A stretch of DNA of 64,000 bases from assembly GCA_032718475.1 (NCBI GenBank), contig JAUCBJ010008086.1, positions 43,123-107,122 of the forward strand, read 5' to 3'. Position 1 is the stretch's first letter, and each line of letters starts with the position of its first letter. The notes below the pieces were generated by a model that searched no databases, was not told the origin of the DNA, and saw only the letters and a program-made list of their open reading frames with translations. The translations under genes and the position numbers were made by a program. This document shows positions 45,400 through 57,833 of the stretch, in pieces. Source of the stretch: Nemertoderma westbladi (taxonomy: Eukaryota > Animalia > Xenacoelomorpha).

Positions 45400-48300
45400 A
45401 TGTCTGACGCAAGACAGAACCTATCAGACAGTCTACTAGATACAACCGAGAGCGAAGTGACGGTAGAGAAGCCGCATAAGAGGGATGCCATTGACATCTA
45501 TCTGTCAGACTATCAACGTTTTTTAGGAGATGAAGAGTTGAGGAGAAGGCTAGAGGGACTTAGCCCTAATAGCGAAGGAGCCAAACTTGTGTTAGATGCG
45601 ATTGATGTGGATAGGTTAGCGGCGAACCAAGCTAAATTCGATGAACAACTCCGCATCGCTAGAGAAAAGGAAGAACAAGTAAGGAAAAAGCGTATAGAAG
45701 ACAGAAAGATAGCAGCAGTGGCAGAGGCAGAAAGAAAAGCGGCAGCGGCAGAGGCAAAAGCGGCAGCGGCAGAGGCAAAAGCGGCAGCGGCAGCGGCAAA
45801 AGCGGCAGCAGTGGCGGAAGCAGAACGAAAGGCGGCAGCGGCAGAGGCAAAAGCGGCAGCAGCAGAGGCAAAAGCGGCAGCAGTGGCGGAAGTAGAACGA
45901 AAAGCGGCTGAAGAGATCATCCAACTGGAGTTGGAAAATCTTCAAGAGAAGCAAGACGACTTCAGTAAACAGTTAGCAGCTAGTAATATGCAGATGATGA
46001 GTCGATCTACTCCCAAAAGACAAGGGTATACATCATCTGAGGAAGGCGATACCACCGACACTGAAGGCGGAAGAAATCGATCTCGACTAAGCAGACGTAA
46101 AAGAACATTCCACCGGCAGAAATTGCCTGATTTGCCTCCAGCTGTTAGAAGACAACTAAATAACACCAACTTAGGTAGTACAGAACCCACAGACCAAATA
46201 ATTGAAATAGAAAGACTCCCTACTATAGTAGATGAGCCTGAAATAATTAGGCCTGTTCTTGAAATCACCCCTACGGTGATAGACACACCTGTACTCCCTG
46301 AAGCTACCTATAAATTCCCTCTGCATAGCACTAAGCTACCTGTGCCCCGTAGAACTGCCCAAGAGACAGTTCAGGTCCTGGACCCCGAGCGAAGTATTCC
46401 GAATTTGTCGCCCGTTGTCCCTTGTCTGCCCGCTACGACGTTGGCGGATCCCGTTTCGGCGGTTGATTGGGTAGACGAGAGACGGCGGGGGATGGATATT
46501 CTCCTCGGAGAGATGAAGGAGAATCGGAGACTCTCCTCCCAACAGGTCCGAGAGTTGGAAGGGACTGTCCAACATTTAAAGGGAACAGTGAGGGAAAGTA
46601 AGTTAGAGTTGCAAGAAGTGCAGCAAAATATCGCGCTAGAGCGCGATAAATTAGTAAATTTACAAAAGGGTATACCACCACCCCCTGTAACAATGTGTCA
46701 ACCCGTTAGGTCTGAAGTATCTCATGCGCAAGGTGTGGAGCCTACACGCATTTATACTGCTAGCGAAGTAGAAACTCCTATAGTGAACCCTATTAAGGGT
46801 AATTATAGACCTGTTGGTAATGATATTCCCTATGGAACTGATCATAATCCGAGAAATTTATATACCGATAACTCGATATTAAATAGCACGATGGCCCAAG
46901 AAAGTTTTACGCGTCAAATGGCTAGAACCGAAGCCCGGCAAGCGGTAAAGGTGGGAGAGATCGTCAAGTTCAATGGAGATGAGATGAAATGGTTACCTTT
47001 TAATGAATATTACAAAGATAACATACAGAACTCCGTACTATCTAATGGAGAAAAACTTAGATACCTCATCGAGTGCTTGGAAGGATCTCCCAAGTTAATG
47101 GCGTTAAGGTTTATTGGACATCCAGACGGATTAAGACAAGTTTGGGATACACTAAACATCAGGTATGGTAATAGGAATAACATAGCTGGGTATTTGTATG
47201 CAAAGTTGGTAGCGCCCCGAAAGTTTATTAGCAGCGGGATTATAGAGTTTTCCGATGAAATTCAGGAGATCTGCAGACAATTAGATTGGCTAGGTAAGTC
47301 TCATGAGTATCAGAGTGCTATGGTTATTAGAGCAGTGGCTTCTGCTTTACCGAAGGGTGGAGTAGGTACACGCTGGGATAAGAAAGTGTTATATATGATG
47401 GAACAACAACGACGAGACCCTACCATGGCTGATCTCATGTCATTCTTAGATGGAGAAGTGAAATTACAGCTCCTAAGGCAGTCCAGAGAGAAGACATTGG
47501 AAAACAAGGTAAGTGAGAAACCCGTTTCTAGGAGAAGGGTAACACCAGTATGTTATACCGACGACGGTGAAAGCCAAACTTCTCAAGGAGAGGACAGCGG
47601 GAAAGACACTGACAGATCTTATTATGTCAATAAAATGCCTAAAGATCAGGTAAGTAAATCCGAGTCTCGACCCAATGACAGAAGGGAACCGGTACAAAAA
47701 ACCCTTCCTACGTCTCCTAAAAGAATTCAGGTGAGAAAGCCCGAGGAAAGAACAAGTGTGCACCACATAGCACAGGTTAAAGTAAGTAACATCAAGCCGA
47801 AATGTGTGCTGTGCGACGGGCCCCACCGTTTAAATGCGTGTGATAAATTCCTGAGGAAATCACTAAAGGATAGACGTGAAGTCATGTGGGATAAGCGGTT
47901 GTGTTATAATTGCCTCAGACGAGGACACCAACGGCGAACCTGTAACTCCGACGCAAGGTGTGCAAAGTGCGGCGCAAAACATCATATCTTGTTGCACACG
48001 GAATTCGAACGAAACAGCCCGAGTCAGGTAAGTGAGTCCGAACTACATGTCCAATTCAGTGATGTGAACGACACTGATCAATCTGAGATGGAAGGATTCT
48101 ATACGGACGAGTTCTCCGACCAAAACGAATCCTGTTACCTAATAAACACCACCGCAGTGTATCGAGCACTCGTGTATGAGAAAGACACAGACAGCGACCT
48201 TACCTTAACTACTTCCGATCAACAACCATCTTGGAAAGCGCCAACTTCCAATATAGGAATCCGAGAATTTCCTGTAGTCCAGTTACGGGTCCACGGACCT

Positions 48301-49542
48301 CAGAAGAGCTATATAGTGAACGCCCTCCTGGACTCCGGTAGCACAGGAACATTCATCGATAGGGAACTAGCCGAAGTCATCTTTGCTGGACAACCCAAGT
48401 TCCGAACCAAGCTAAACCTGTCAGGGATCATGCAGGTTTGGAATTCTACTGTAGCTGCCGACTATTATATAGGTGAGTTGTCCACCCCCCAGGACGAACT
48501 AGGAGAACATAGCATCAGGTCAGTGAAAATGGTGGCTATAAAGAACTTCGCTACTACTCAAGCAGACCTTTATAATTGGGACGAGGATGAGAGCATCCAA
48601 CATCTTAACATACCTCGATTCCAGACTGATTATCCTGGAGTGCAAATACTCATCGGCCAAAACGCGCATGAGGCGCTGGAGACATTAGAGAAACGGCCTG
48701 CTCAACCGCAGCCACTACAGACCTATGCGGTAAGAACTAGAGTAGGTTGGTACCTTACTGGACCTTCCGGTAGAACGCTCAGGGAAAGACTGCTTCAAGA
48801 TCGCGTCTGCCAGGTGAGTGAATGGGAAGATGATACTAGTGAGGGAGACGACCCAACTGAGGGAACACCACACTCCTCAGATAATGACAATCTTAGCTCC
48901 AATGTAGATCAATGGAGATATTGCCCCAAGAAGTTTAATCCAACGGACATCGCTTCCAGAGGAGCAACTCCTCAAGAACTGACAGATACTATAGACCGGT
49001 TAGGTGAACCCGACTTCCTGAGTAAGGAGAATGAATGGCCTTCCCATCTTACTCCGACTGAGATTAGACCAGCCAAGGGAGCGGAGAAAGTCGAACCTGA
49101 AACCCGGACGGGTGGATCGGAGTTATTTGAACCCGGGATAGATCTGTCGGTATTACATGTTGCCAGGGACGACGCCGTGGATCTGGGCCTCCCCTCCGCG
49201 AGTGGATCCTTCATGAAGATCAGAGAGAGCGATTGGAGCTCTGGAACATCAGACGTCTCGCAGGGACTCTCACCTCTCCTGCAGAGAGCGACGGACCACT
49301 ATAGCTCCTGGAATCGGCTTTGTGACGCCGTCATATACTTTGAGCGATGTTTCTATCGTCACTATTCCAGGACGAAGAGGAAACCTGGAATTGTATTCAG
49401 GATGCAGCGACTCAATCACCCAGTCGGTCGTTTGTGTTTATCGGAAGGGAATGGAGGACTCTCCGGAAACTGTGGAAGGCAAGATTCTCTTCCCACGACC
49501 ACCTCCCTAATCCTTCAAACATCTAGGGACTCCATAACGTAA
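45400..49542 (+). CDS. BEL gag-protease ORF with in-frame deletions of RT/RNase H and integrase
   Basis: Homologous to 26707-34862; keeps gag, knuckles and LLDSGST; junctions SSDNDN|..VDQWRYCP and HYSRTK|RKPGIVF; ends at the native pol stop (TSRDSIT*). Confidence 0.9.
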   Translation: MSDARQNLSDSLLDTTESEVTVEKPHKRDAIDIYLSDYQRFLGDEELRRRLEGLSPNSEGAKLVLDAIDVDRLAANQAKFDEQLRIAREKEEQVRKKRIEDRKIAAVAEAERKAAAAEAKAAAAEAKAAAAAAKAAAVAEAERKAAAAEAKAAAAEAKAAAVAEVERKAAEEIIQLELENLQEKQDDFSKQLAASNMQMMSRSTPKRQGYTSSEEGDTTDTEGGRNRSRLSRRKRTFHRQKLPDLPPAVRRQLNNTNLGSTEPTDQIIEIERLPTIVDEPEIIRPVLEITPTVIDTPVLPEATYKFPLHSTKLPVPRRTAQETVQVLDPERSIPNLSPVVPCLPATTLADPVSAVDWVDERRRGMDILLGEMKENRRLSSQQVRELEGTVQHLKGTVRESKLELQEVQQNIALERDKLVNLQKGIPPPPVTMCQPVRSEVSHAQGVEPTRIYTASEVETPIVNPIKGNYRPVGNDIPYGTDHNPRNLYTDNSILNSTMAQESFTRQMARTEARQAVKVGEIVKFNGDEMKWLPFNEYYKDNIQNSVLSNGEKLRYLIECLEGSPKLMALRFIGHPDGLRQVWDTLNIRYGNRNNIAGYLYAKLVAPRKFISSGIIEFSDEIQEICRQLDWLGKSHEYQSAMVIRAVASALPKGGVGTRWDKKVLYMMEQQRRDPTMADLMSFLDGEVKLQLLRQSREKTLENKVSEKPVSRRRVTPVCYTDDGESQTSQGEDSGKDTDRSYYVNKMPKDQVSKSESRPNDRREPVQKTLPTSPKRIQVRKPEERTSVHHIAQVKVSNIKPKCVLCDGPHRLNACDKFLRKSLKDRREVMWDKRLCYNCLRRGHQRRTCNSDARCAKCGAKHHILLHTEFERNSPSQVSESELHVQFSDVNDTDQSEMEGFYTDEFSDQNESCYLINTTAVYRALVYEKDTDSDLTLTTSDQQPSWKAPTSNIGIREFPVVQLRVHGPQKSYIVNALLDSGSTGTFIDRELAEVIFAGQPKFRTKLNLSGIMQVWNSTVAADYYIGELSTPQDELGEHSIRSVKMVAIKNFATTQADLYNWDEDESIQHLNIPRFQTDYPGVQILIGQNAHEALETLEKRPAQPQPLQTYAVRTRVGWYLTGPSGRTLRERLLQDRVCQVSEWEDDTSEGDDPTEGTPHSSDNDNLSSNVDQWRYCPKKFNPTDIASRGATPQELTDTIDRLGEPDFLSKENEWPSHLTPTEIRPAKGAEKVEPETRTGGSELFEPGIDLSVLHVARDDAVDLGLPSASGSFMKIRESDWSSGTSDVSQGLSPLLQRATDHYSSWNRLCDAVIYFERCFYRHYSRTKRKPGIVFRMQRLNHPVGRLCLSEGNGGLSGNCGRQDSLPTTTSLILQTSRDSIT

Positions 49543-51201
49543 CAACATATGGAGTGGGTGTGTGACTCTATTATTTTATATTATTTTATTATTTTTATAT
49601 TTATGTATGTATTACTATGTAATTCTATTATAATCGTTTTCTTTAATTTTATTCAGTAGAATGTTATTTTAGCGATTATTTAGTAGATTAGTGCAATATA
49701 TATTCGCGTTTATTACTTAATTACGTATATATTATATTTAATGCGACGGCAAGAAATAATTCTTTTCCTTCTTCCTTACTGTCCGTATTACATTACAAAT
49801 ACGTAACTACAGTAAGATGAAATGTCCGTACTTATTAAAGTACAATAAAGCCACTACTATATTCAAGTATTATTGGTAGGCAGAGTATTAGGAATGCAAA
49901 GTTCAGATCCTCGTGTCTCGGCTAAACCAAGCTCTGGGTAGACCTTGGAAACGACTTGCCTCTTCACACTGACATTGCTTCGTGCGATATTGCTCTCATA
50001 CCGTATATTAAATAATACATATAGTAGCGTGATGTCCCTTTAACAGTAGCGTATAACGCAAAATAAATCTGTTAAACCCTTTGACCATCTGTAATTCTAG
50101 TCGATTAAGATATCGCGGCACCCACCGATATACTTGAAAGACAAATTCTAGAATCAGTGGTTAACGTCCCCAGACAAGTTCTGGAATAAATCGGTGCCCA
50201 TCTCAAATATTAATTATTTAATATTTGCAAATCTAATAAATCAAAATCTGTAAAATTCAGATCCTTCAACAATTCTAGTCAATTAAGATATCGTAGCATT
50301 TACCGATATTCTTAAAAAAGACAATTGTCATAGAATTAAGGATCTTGTGTCCCTAGACATGTTCTAGAATCAAAATATGTCCATTTAATTATCAAATAAT
50401 AAAATTTCAGGGAATAAATTTAAATTCATGCCTTTTAATGAATTTAATAAATTGCCATTTTTACGCAATTTATAAAGTTCCCAAAATTCCATTAATTAAT
50501 AGATCAAGGGAGCGGAGATTTATCTTATCATGCGTATGAGTGTGTGAAAGTCTCCCAAACATAGTCAATAGCCGATAAAATTCATAAAGTCATGTATAAA
50601 ACAGAACATTGACTATTAAAGAATACTATTAAATAACATCCCAGATCTGTATGCATTGGAATCTACCCTAATTCTACCGCTAGCTTTGCATAATGTCACC
50701 ATAGCAACAACCACGCTAGAATTAGAATTGAGTTAAAAGAACAATAGAAAGCTTGTCCCATTGAATAGCATAGGGAATAAATAGCGCACTACTAGTATCC
50801 AAGGATACATAATAATACAGTGACATTCTGGAAGGCATTGACTAACGGACAAATGGCCCGAATGTGTGTAATTTGTGACAAGTTGTGTGTGTGGTATTTG
50901 TGAGTTTATAGGTGAATGTTACTGCTAAGGTGTGTTTACAGTAGCCAGTCGCAATCGTAAAAGTAACCTAACTCTCCAAGGAAAACCTGAAGTACATCTA
51001 AGACTTTGGGACGGACAGTCGAGTGACTTGTGCCGGTTGTCGTTGTCGTTGTGCGGCTACGTCGTTGGCGAAAGTACAGCGGCGACGACACATCGGCGCT
51101 GAGGATCTCGTACTGTCCGGGTGTTGATTGGGGTAGGCAGCGACGCCCGCTCGCCTAAATATAAACTCATTATAATATGGATAAACTCATATATAGCAGA
51201 T

Positions 51202-52530
51202 ATGACGGAGTTGATAGAAGATGGTCTTGGTATCGGGGAGCGATATACTCTACTTTTGCAAGCGTTTGTTGATAGCTTAATACGCGGCGACGTTAGTCCA
51301 ACTGCTGCGGAGGACGATGGTCGTTATATCGAACCGCCAATGTCCCAAGAGCAGCTCGCGCGAGTTGGACTATAGAAAATTCGCTGCTCGATATACGCAG
51401 CGTAAGGGTACGTATATGGACTTCTTAACTACTGGTCATCCTATCGATTTACACGATACGGACTATGTCGACTATATATCCTGCCCAGCGGAGTCGGAAC
51501 CATAAACTGAAATTCGAATGCGAAATTTCTATTCGAAATCGGCTCGAAAGAAAAGACATTAAAGAAACAAATAAACGCGGTAACTCCAACATATATTTGG
51601 AATTCTTGATAGAAGCATTGTAACAACAAATAAATATCACCCGCGTTTACCCTACCAGACGTGAGTCTTTGGTATTATTACGGTAAATGCCCTAGACCCA
51701 GCCAATAAACGGAAAGACATAAACATCCACGGAAACGTTGTGTTAAACACAGTTGTGTTCGTTATATTTACTGGAGTTTCGAGCGAAACTTGTTTGACGT
51801 ATCACCTATGCTCACTCGGCTCTAACGATCCTAGAATAAACCTACGATCAGAGTCCCGGAATACTCGGTCAAACCTCCTCATTCCTTAGTTGGACCTCAG
51901 ACCTGTGATCCTGGTGGTGTCGCGGATCCTCGCGGACGGTATTCACTGTTCAAGATCTAGTGCTACCCTAACAATTAATCGGTAACACTCCGACAGTGAT
52001 TTCTAGCTAGCCGCCCATCTTACCTAGCCGGATTATGACGCAGACACCTAATATCACTATCCAACCGTATGGTCGTCCAGTTTAACGCGATACAACCCTT
52101 CATCAAGGTGAAGGAGAGCGTTGTACGAAACGAGTTAAACGCTATTCTATAAAGATCAAAAAAGAAACCTGCGTTTGTTCAGATAAACGTAAGTTATAAC
52201 AGTACGTCCAATCGATAAACAAATTGGCCTTATCTCAGTTCGATTGGGAAATCTCGAATCTCAAAGAAGATATCAAGCTTAGAAAACCCTATTCTCTGCG
52301 AGAGTTTTGGACGAACGTATCCCATGACAAGCGGAGGAAAATCAGCTCGAGGAGAAGCATATCGAAATGGACGAGACACCGACCGTAAACCCAAACCTTC
52401 TAATGCAATCATATTGCACCCTTCACCCAGGAGTTATGGCCCTCCTAGTAAAGTGGCTTCCCCCAAAGAGAAAATGACTCTTGCTAGCTTTAAAAAACTG
52501 CGTAAACGCCGTCCGCGCAAGAAAGACTAA
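51202..52530 (+). pseudogene. Decayed, internally deleted ORF3 of copy 2
   Basis: MTELIEDGLGI.ERYTL...PPMSQEQLAR start and ...LASFKKLRKRRPRKKD* end; frameshifts and stops; exonuclease and knuckle region missing. Confidence 0.88.
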
Positions 52531-52608
52531 CTGTTTAGAGTATTTTTATATTTTAGAAACTGTGCTTTTGTATATTTTATAGACTTAAATCCCATTTTCT
52601 GGGAGCGG

Positions 52609-53292
52609 TGTAAAAGCTTTTGTGGGATAACTGATTCGTTTGCCTTGTTGGCCAGTTCCCCCCCAGTCGCTAAGAATACTCTCAAAGTGATCTATAGCTA
52701 AAAATAGTGCAAGTTACCAGCTTATTGGCTGATTTGCTGTACGCAGGCATCTGGGCTCTGTTTAATCGGCCAACAAGCCTAGGGAGGTTGCGTCATAGCC
52801 TTGTTTTTGTATCTCCCAATAGAATTTGAGTTAGCCTTGATTTTGACCTATCACAGAGCTACTGAACTGAAATTTTCCTATCTCACTGCTCTTTCTCTGT
52901 GTTGAACGGGAGCTTCGTGGAATAAGGGAGTTGGTATCCTCGTACAGAGCAGTAGTCACGAGTTTTTCAAAGCCAGTAGTTTAAGTCATAACTCTGTTTA
53001 TGTAGATAAAGCGCCACGTCCTAAAGGAACTGTTAATATTACCGAAGGTGAATAATATTGTCAGAGATTATATAATACTGTCAGTCGAATAATACATTAG
53101 GCTTACATAGCAATAAAATTAAACCGTCGAACCCAATCTCCCGGGAATATCCAGCGGGTGAATGGTCGCGCACGGATTGGTTTCGACTAGTGTAGTGAAT
53201 CAAATACTTGTCATAGGCTAAAAAGCGATTTAATATCTAGAAGACATCCTAATTTGGCGGGTTAAACTGCCAAAGGTCTGAAAGCGCGAACA
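52609..53292 (+). repeat. 3' LTR of BEL copy 2 with a 516-bp internal deletion
   Basis: Matches 41975-42340, then jumps to ~42857-43174; about five substitutions seen by eye. Confidence 0.93.
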
Positions 53293-53383
53293 CATATACT
53301 ACTCTACATATATACTACTCTACATATATACTACATATACTACACATATACTACACTACACATATACTACACTACACATATAC
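53293..53383. repeat. 16-bp minisatellite (CATATACTACACTACA)n, left part
   Basis: Same unit as 58015-58290. Confidence 0.9.
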
Positions 53384-53560
53384 TTTTTTTTTAACCCTCG
53401 AATATATTAATAATATTAGACATTTTGAAGCTGCACATTACAAGCATTTAGTTAAGAAATCAAGTCACATTAACGCAAAGAGATACAAACATTAAGTAAA
53501 AGAGATATTAACATTAATATTGATTGTCTAAAGATAAGCTGTTAGTTCTCCAAAGCTGTT

Positions 53561-56500
53561 CTAAATACTGCTTGGCAGCCCAGCACCGTCCTCAAACCCC
53601 TGCCCACTTCTCCACTTCACCCGCGAGCCCCGTAGGCAATGGGAGGCCCCGCGTATTATCGCGAACTGGACGCGAGTTCGGACCCAGCCCATCGTGGTGC
53701 TGAAAGGTCGCCCCCAGGAACGGTGCAGCCTATCAGCCAAGATACGGAGGAGGTGGTTTGCCTGCGGAGCGAGTACGCCGTCACAGGACGCAACAAACGG
53801 GGAGAAGTCGCCCCGTCGTGCCGTCACTGCTTCCGCGTACAGCCGCTTCTTTTGGTCTTCGGCCGACTCGAGGATAGACATTGGGGTGCGACCCACATAG
53901 GACCCGGCGTCAAGGTTGATAACCCGAATGTCTATCAACGCCTGGGTCTGTGGGTTTAGCGCACCCCGTATCCCCACATCGCACCGAAGACCTGCGGCAC
54001 CCTCCACTCCCTGCTGCTCGCGGACAACCGGCTCGCAGACTACGTTTCGAGGTCCGAAAGCCATAGCCGAGAGGTCTCCAACCACGTCCCGTAGTTCGTT
54101 ATGGCGCTGTATAACGAGGCCGCCTTTTTTACAATTTAGACCGTGGTTTAAATTGAAGGCGGCCCCGCACCCATCGCACCGGCTTGGCACTGCCGCCAGG
54201 GGGCGGCCGTATCGGATCGCCAGCGCGTCCCGGAACTCCAGGGGGGACAGGTCCATCTGGTGGTCGGCCATGGGCAGGGAGGAGATCCACCCACTCGAAC
54301 GGAAGTCGGCGGTACGTTGTACAGTCCGCCGGCGGTCCGGTGGCAGTTCCTCCAGCACAGCTTCCAAGTTGGATTTCTCTCTCCCAAGCTGCTGCTCCCG
54401 TCCTTCCTTCCTTGCCCGTTGTAGACAACCGAGGTGTTGCGCGTTGGAGAACTCGCGGTGTCCCAAAATGGCCTCGGCAAGGGATCTGGTTCCCGCCCGC
54501 GATACGGCGTATGAATGTGGGGCCTCGGTTGCGGGATTCCGCAGTCCCATTCCTGCCATCCGTGGGGAGAGGGCGAACAGACTGCGTTCATTGGAGGAGA
54601 TTGGGCCGCCGAAGACGGCCGGCAGGAATCTCTGTACGATTGCCTCCTCCAGTGGCTGGTACTCGTCACCACAGTCAGGGGATACCCGCTGTAGGTAGGC
54701 CCACTCCCTCTGGAGGGAGCAGGCCATGGCGGCGAATGCGGCTTGGGGCTGGGACACCGCCATCTCGGCAAGGCGGTCCACCGATGCTACCCAGGCAGCA
54801 ACCTTGGCGCGAACGAAACCCTTCCTTTCAGCGTCTCCACCAAGAAATCCCCCGAGGAATCGATTTCCCGTCACAATGTTCACGGAATGGCCTGCGAACA
54901 CTCTTTCTGCTTCCTCCATGAATTGGGGAGCTACCACGAGGTAGCTTTTGCTGGGTTCGGGGAAGTATCCAAGGGTTGGGCCGAACCGCTGCAGTTCGAG
55001 GAACCACTCAAGGATGAGTTGCAGTTTACCAGCCGCAGACGAGTCATCGGCGAACCAATTCTGGAGTACAGGCGGCTTCCGGAGGCGGTGGATGAGGGGG
55101 AGGATACCTGAGGAGTACTCCAGCATCGCGAGGGGGTCTCCTTGAGTGGTTCCCTCCTCGCTGAATAGTATATCCTCTGTCCCATGGATGGTTAGGATAC
55201 TGTGCCCCCTGTAGCAATTAAATAGAAACAGGGAGCACCTGGGCCACTTCTGGCGGGCGTTCCACAGCGCGGCCGTCCGGTTCAGCGAGTTGAACGCGTT
55301 GGACGCATCAACGAGGAGAACCCCCCAGCCGTCCTCCTTCCGCTCCTCGAACAACTCCGCCATCGTGTGGACAGCGGCCTCCACCCCGGCTGACATGCCT
55401 GCGGAGAGCTGCTCGGCGCCGCAGGTTGCAGTGACGTTATCGCCCGTCGCTTCCGCCATGGATCGGCCGAGAATCCGCCGCAGACATTCCCCAATGCCGA
55501 TTGGGCGGACCCCCGGGCATTTGTCCAGGGCGATCAAACGACAGGACATCAGGGCACGCACCGACTCCCAGGGTACGACTGAGTTCGCGAGGGCTCTCGC
55601 TATTCCCGCGACTGAGTCACGGAGGCATTCACTGTGGGCACCATACCGGAGGAGGAAGTCACCCCACCACGTTGAGTCAGTCCCGGCAGGTCCGGCGCCG
55701 CCGTGTAGTCGGCGCGCTGCAGTCTCGATATGCGAGGCCGTGATGTCCACATCCACTCGAGTAGGGAGGTCCTGGTCGGTTTGGATTAGAGATTCTGGCG
55801 GGGGTGGGGAAGCAGGGGGATGCTTGGCTCGTAAAAGGTCAAGGACCTTAACCTTCTGCCCTCCCATATCCACCTCGTCATTAGGATCTAACACTCCCCC
55901 ACTCTCCCGACTCGTTACCCATCTTACTGCGCTGCGGATCTTCCCTTCCAGCATCAACCGAGTGAACACACGGACAGTGTTCTCTTTGTCATCCTCGGCC
56001 GACTTACGTTTACCCTTCTGCCCCCTCCCAAACTTAAGGGAGCTGCGTTCAGCCTCTTGAAGCAGCGCCTCGAGCTGCCCAGACCTCCACATCTCCAGTC
56101 TACGTATTAGAAGGCGACGGATATCAGCTGCCTTCATGACCTTTGGGTCGCGGTGGAGGAGCAGCGACTCGGCTAACAGGATCCGCTCCGAGCGCGCGAT
56201 GGCGGCGTTGTGCTGCAGCCCCGTTAAGAAGGCCCTTGACACTGCCGCCATCAGCTCGACTACATCTCTCCCTACAGCGCCCCCTGGCAGTCTATACTTT
56301 GCACCACACAGCTGGGTAGCTCGTCTCCACTGATGGAGGAGACAGTCCGGCGCGGGCCCCTTCCCAACCAAGGGGGCCCCAAAAGCCCTCACCATCAGGT
56401 CCTGCGGGTCCGTGTTGACGGGTGGGTTCATAATCCAGTGCCGGCCGAAGTGAGTTGTGTCACCAGTAAATGTGGGTCCCATCTGGGTAGGGGGGTACAA

Positions 56501-57833
56501 CAGACTAGATGCACCAGGCTGATGTGCGAGACCTGCATCGTTTGTAGGGGGACCCGTATGACAGGGTGGCCCCAGCTGAGGACCTGGGGTGCCCGGTCGA
56601 TTTGGGGGATCCGTCGTTGGGACAACTCCTGACACCGTGGGTACATGGGGGACAACCCCAGACACAGTGGGTACTGGGGGGACAACCCCAGGCACCGTAG
56701 GGACAACTCCTGACACCGCGGGGACAACTCCTGACACCGTGGGTACAGGGGGGAGAACCCCAGATACCGTGGGTACAGGGGGGACAACCCCAGACATCGT
56801 GGGTACTGGGGGGACAACCCCAGACACCGTGGGGATGACTCCTGACACCGTAGGTACAGGGGGCACATCCCCAGAAACCGTGGGTACAGGGGGGACCACC
56901 TCTGACACCGTGGGTACAGGGGGGACAATCCCAGATACCGTGGGGACAACTCCTGACACTGTGGGTACAGGGGGGACACCCCAGACACCGTGGGTACTGG
57001 GGGGACAACCCCAGACACCATGGGGACAACTCCTGACACCGTGGGTGCAGGGGGGACACCACTAGACGCCGTGTGTACAGTGGGGACAACCCCAGACACC
57101 GTAGGGACAGCTCCTGACACCGTGGGTATAGAGGGGACTCCCCCAGACACCGTGGGTGCAGGGGGGACAACCCCAGACACCGGGGGGACAACTCCTGACA
57201 CTGTGGGTACAGGGGGGACAACCCCGGACACCGTGGGTACAGGAGGGACAACCCCAGGCACCGTGGGTACAGGGGGGGCACCCACAGACACCGTGGGTCC
57301 AGGGGGGAAAGGGGGGATAACCCCAGACCCCTTAGGGACAACTCCTGGCACCGTGGGAACTGGGGGGACAGCCCCTGACACCGTTGGGGCAGGGGGGACA
57401 GCCACAATACCTGTAACAATGGGGACCTGGTGGGTGACAACAAACGACGTTGGAGCTTGGGGGGCACCCGACGCATTGGCACTGGGACACCCGAATCGCT
57501 GGCCGCTGGGACACTCAAAAGACTGGTTACATTAGTTAACGTTGCATCTAAGTCCACCAATGTGTCATGCCAGTTATCGTCCTCCTCTTCTCCTGATAAC
57601 CAACCACCACTATCCGCTGGCAACGGCTGCGAAAGTGAACCCGGAACGGAATCAACGGATAAGCTTCTCTCGGTAGGGGAAGGCAGCGGCTGCGAGGAAG
57701 ATGTCCCCCCGTCGTTGGAACAGTTCCTCTTCTTTCCCGGTGCACAGTTTGTACAAACACGTCCCGCATTTACGCAGGCGCACCTCTTACAACGGCTACC
57801 CGAGCCGGAGTTACTGCAAGTGCAGCAGGGCAT
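53561..57833 (-). CDS. Single RT-RLE ORF of the CRE-like element, split by two apparent 1-bp frameshifts (~57480 and ~56975)
   Basis: MPCCTCSNSGSGSRCKRCACVNAGRVCTNC (57833), then the PTVSGVVPPV repeat frame (57405), then the RT/RLE frame (56959-53561). Confidence 0.75.
56618..57402 (-). repeat. Coding 21/30-bp tandem array (VPTVSGV[VPP]) in the CRE-like ORF
   Basis: GGGACAACCCCAGACACCGTGGGTACAGGG-type units over ~780 bp. Confidence 0.92.

Larger units (their letters stand above)
41975..53292 (+). mobile_element. BEL/Pao copy 2: non-autonomous derivative with two LTRs
   Basis: Near-identical LTRs; PPT GGGAGCGG at 52601-52608; RT, RNase H and integrase cores deleted; flanks CATAG / CATAT (4 of 5 match). 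Confidence 0.92.

Noticed and set aside
53639-56632. Many overlapping ORFs opposite the CRE-like RT
   Set aside because: Expected in GC-rich coding DNA; no motifs
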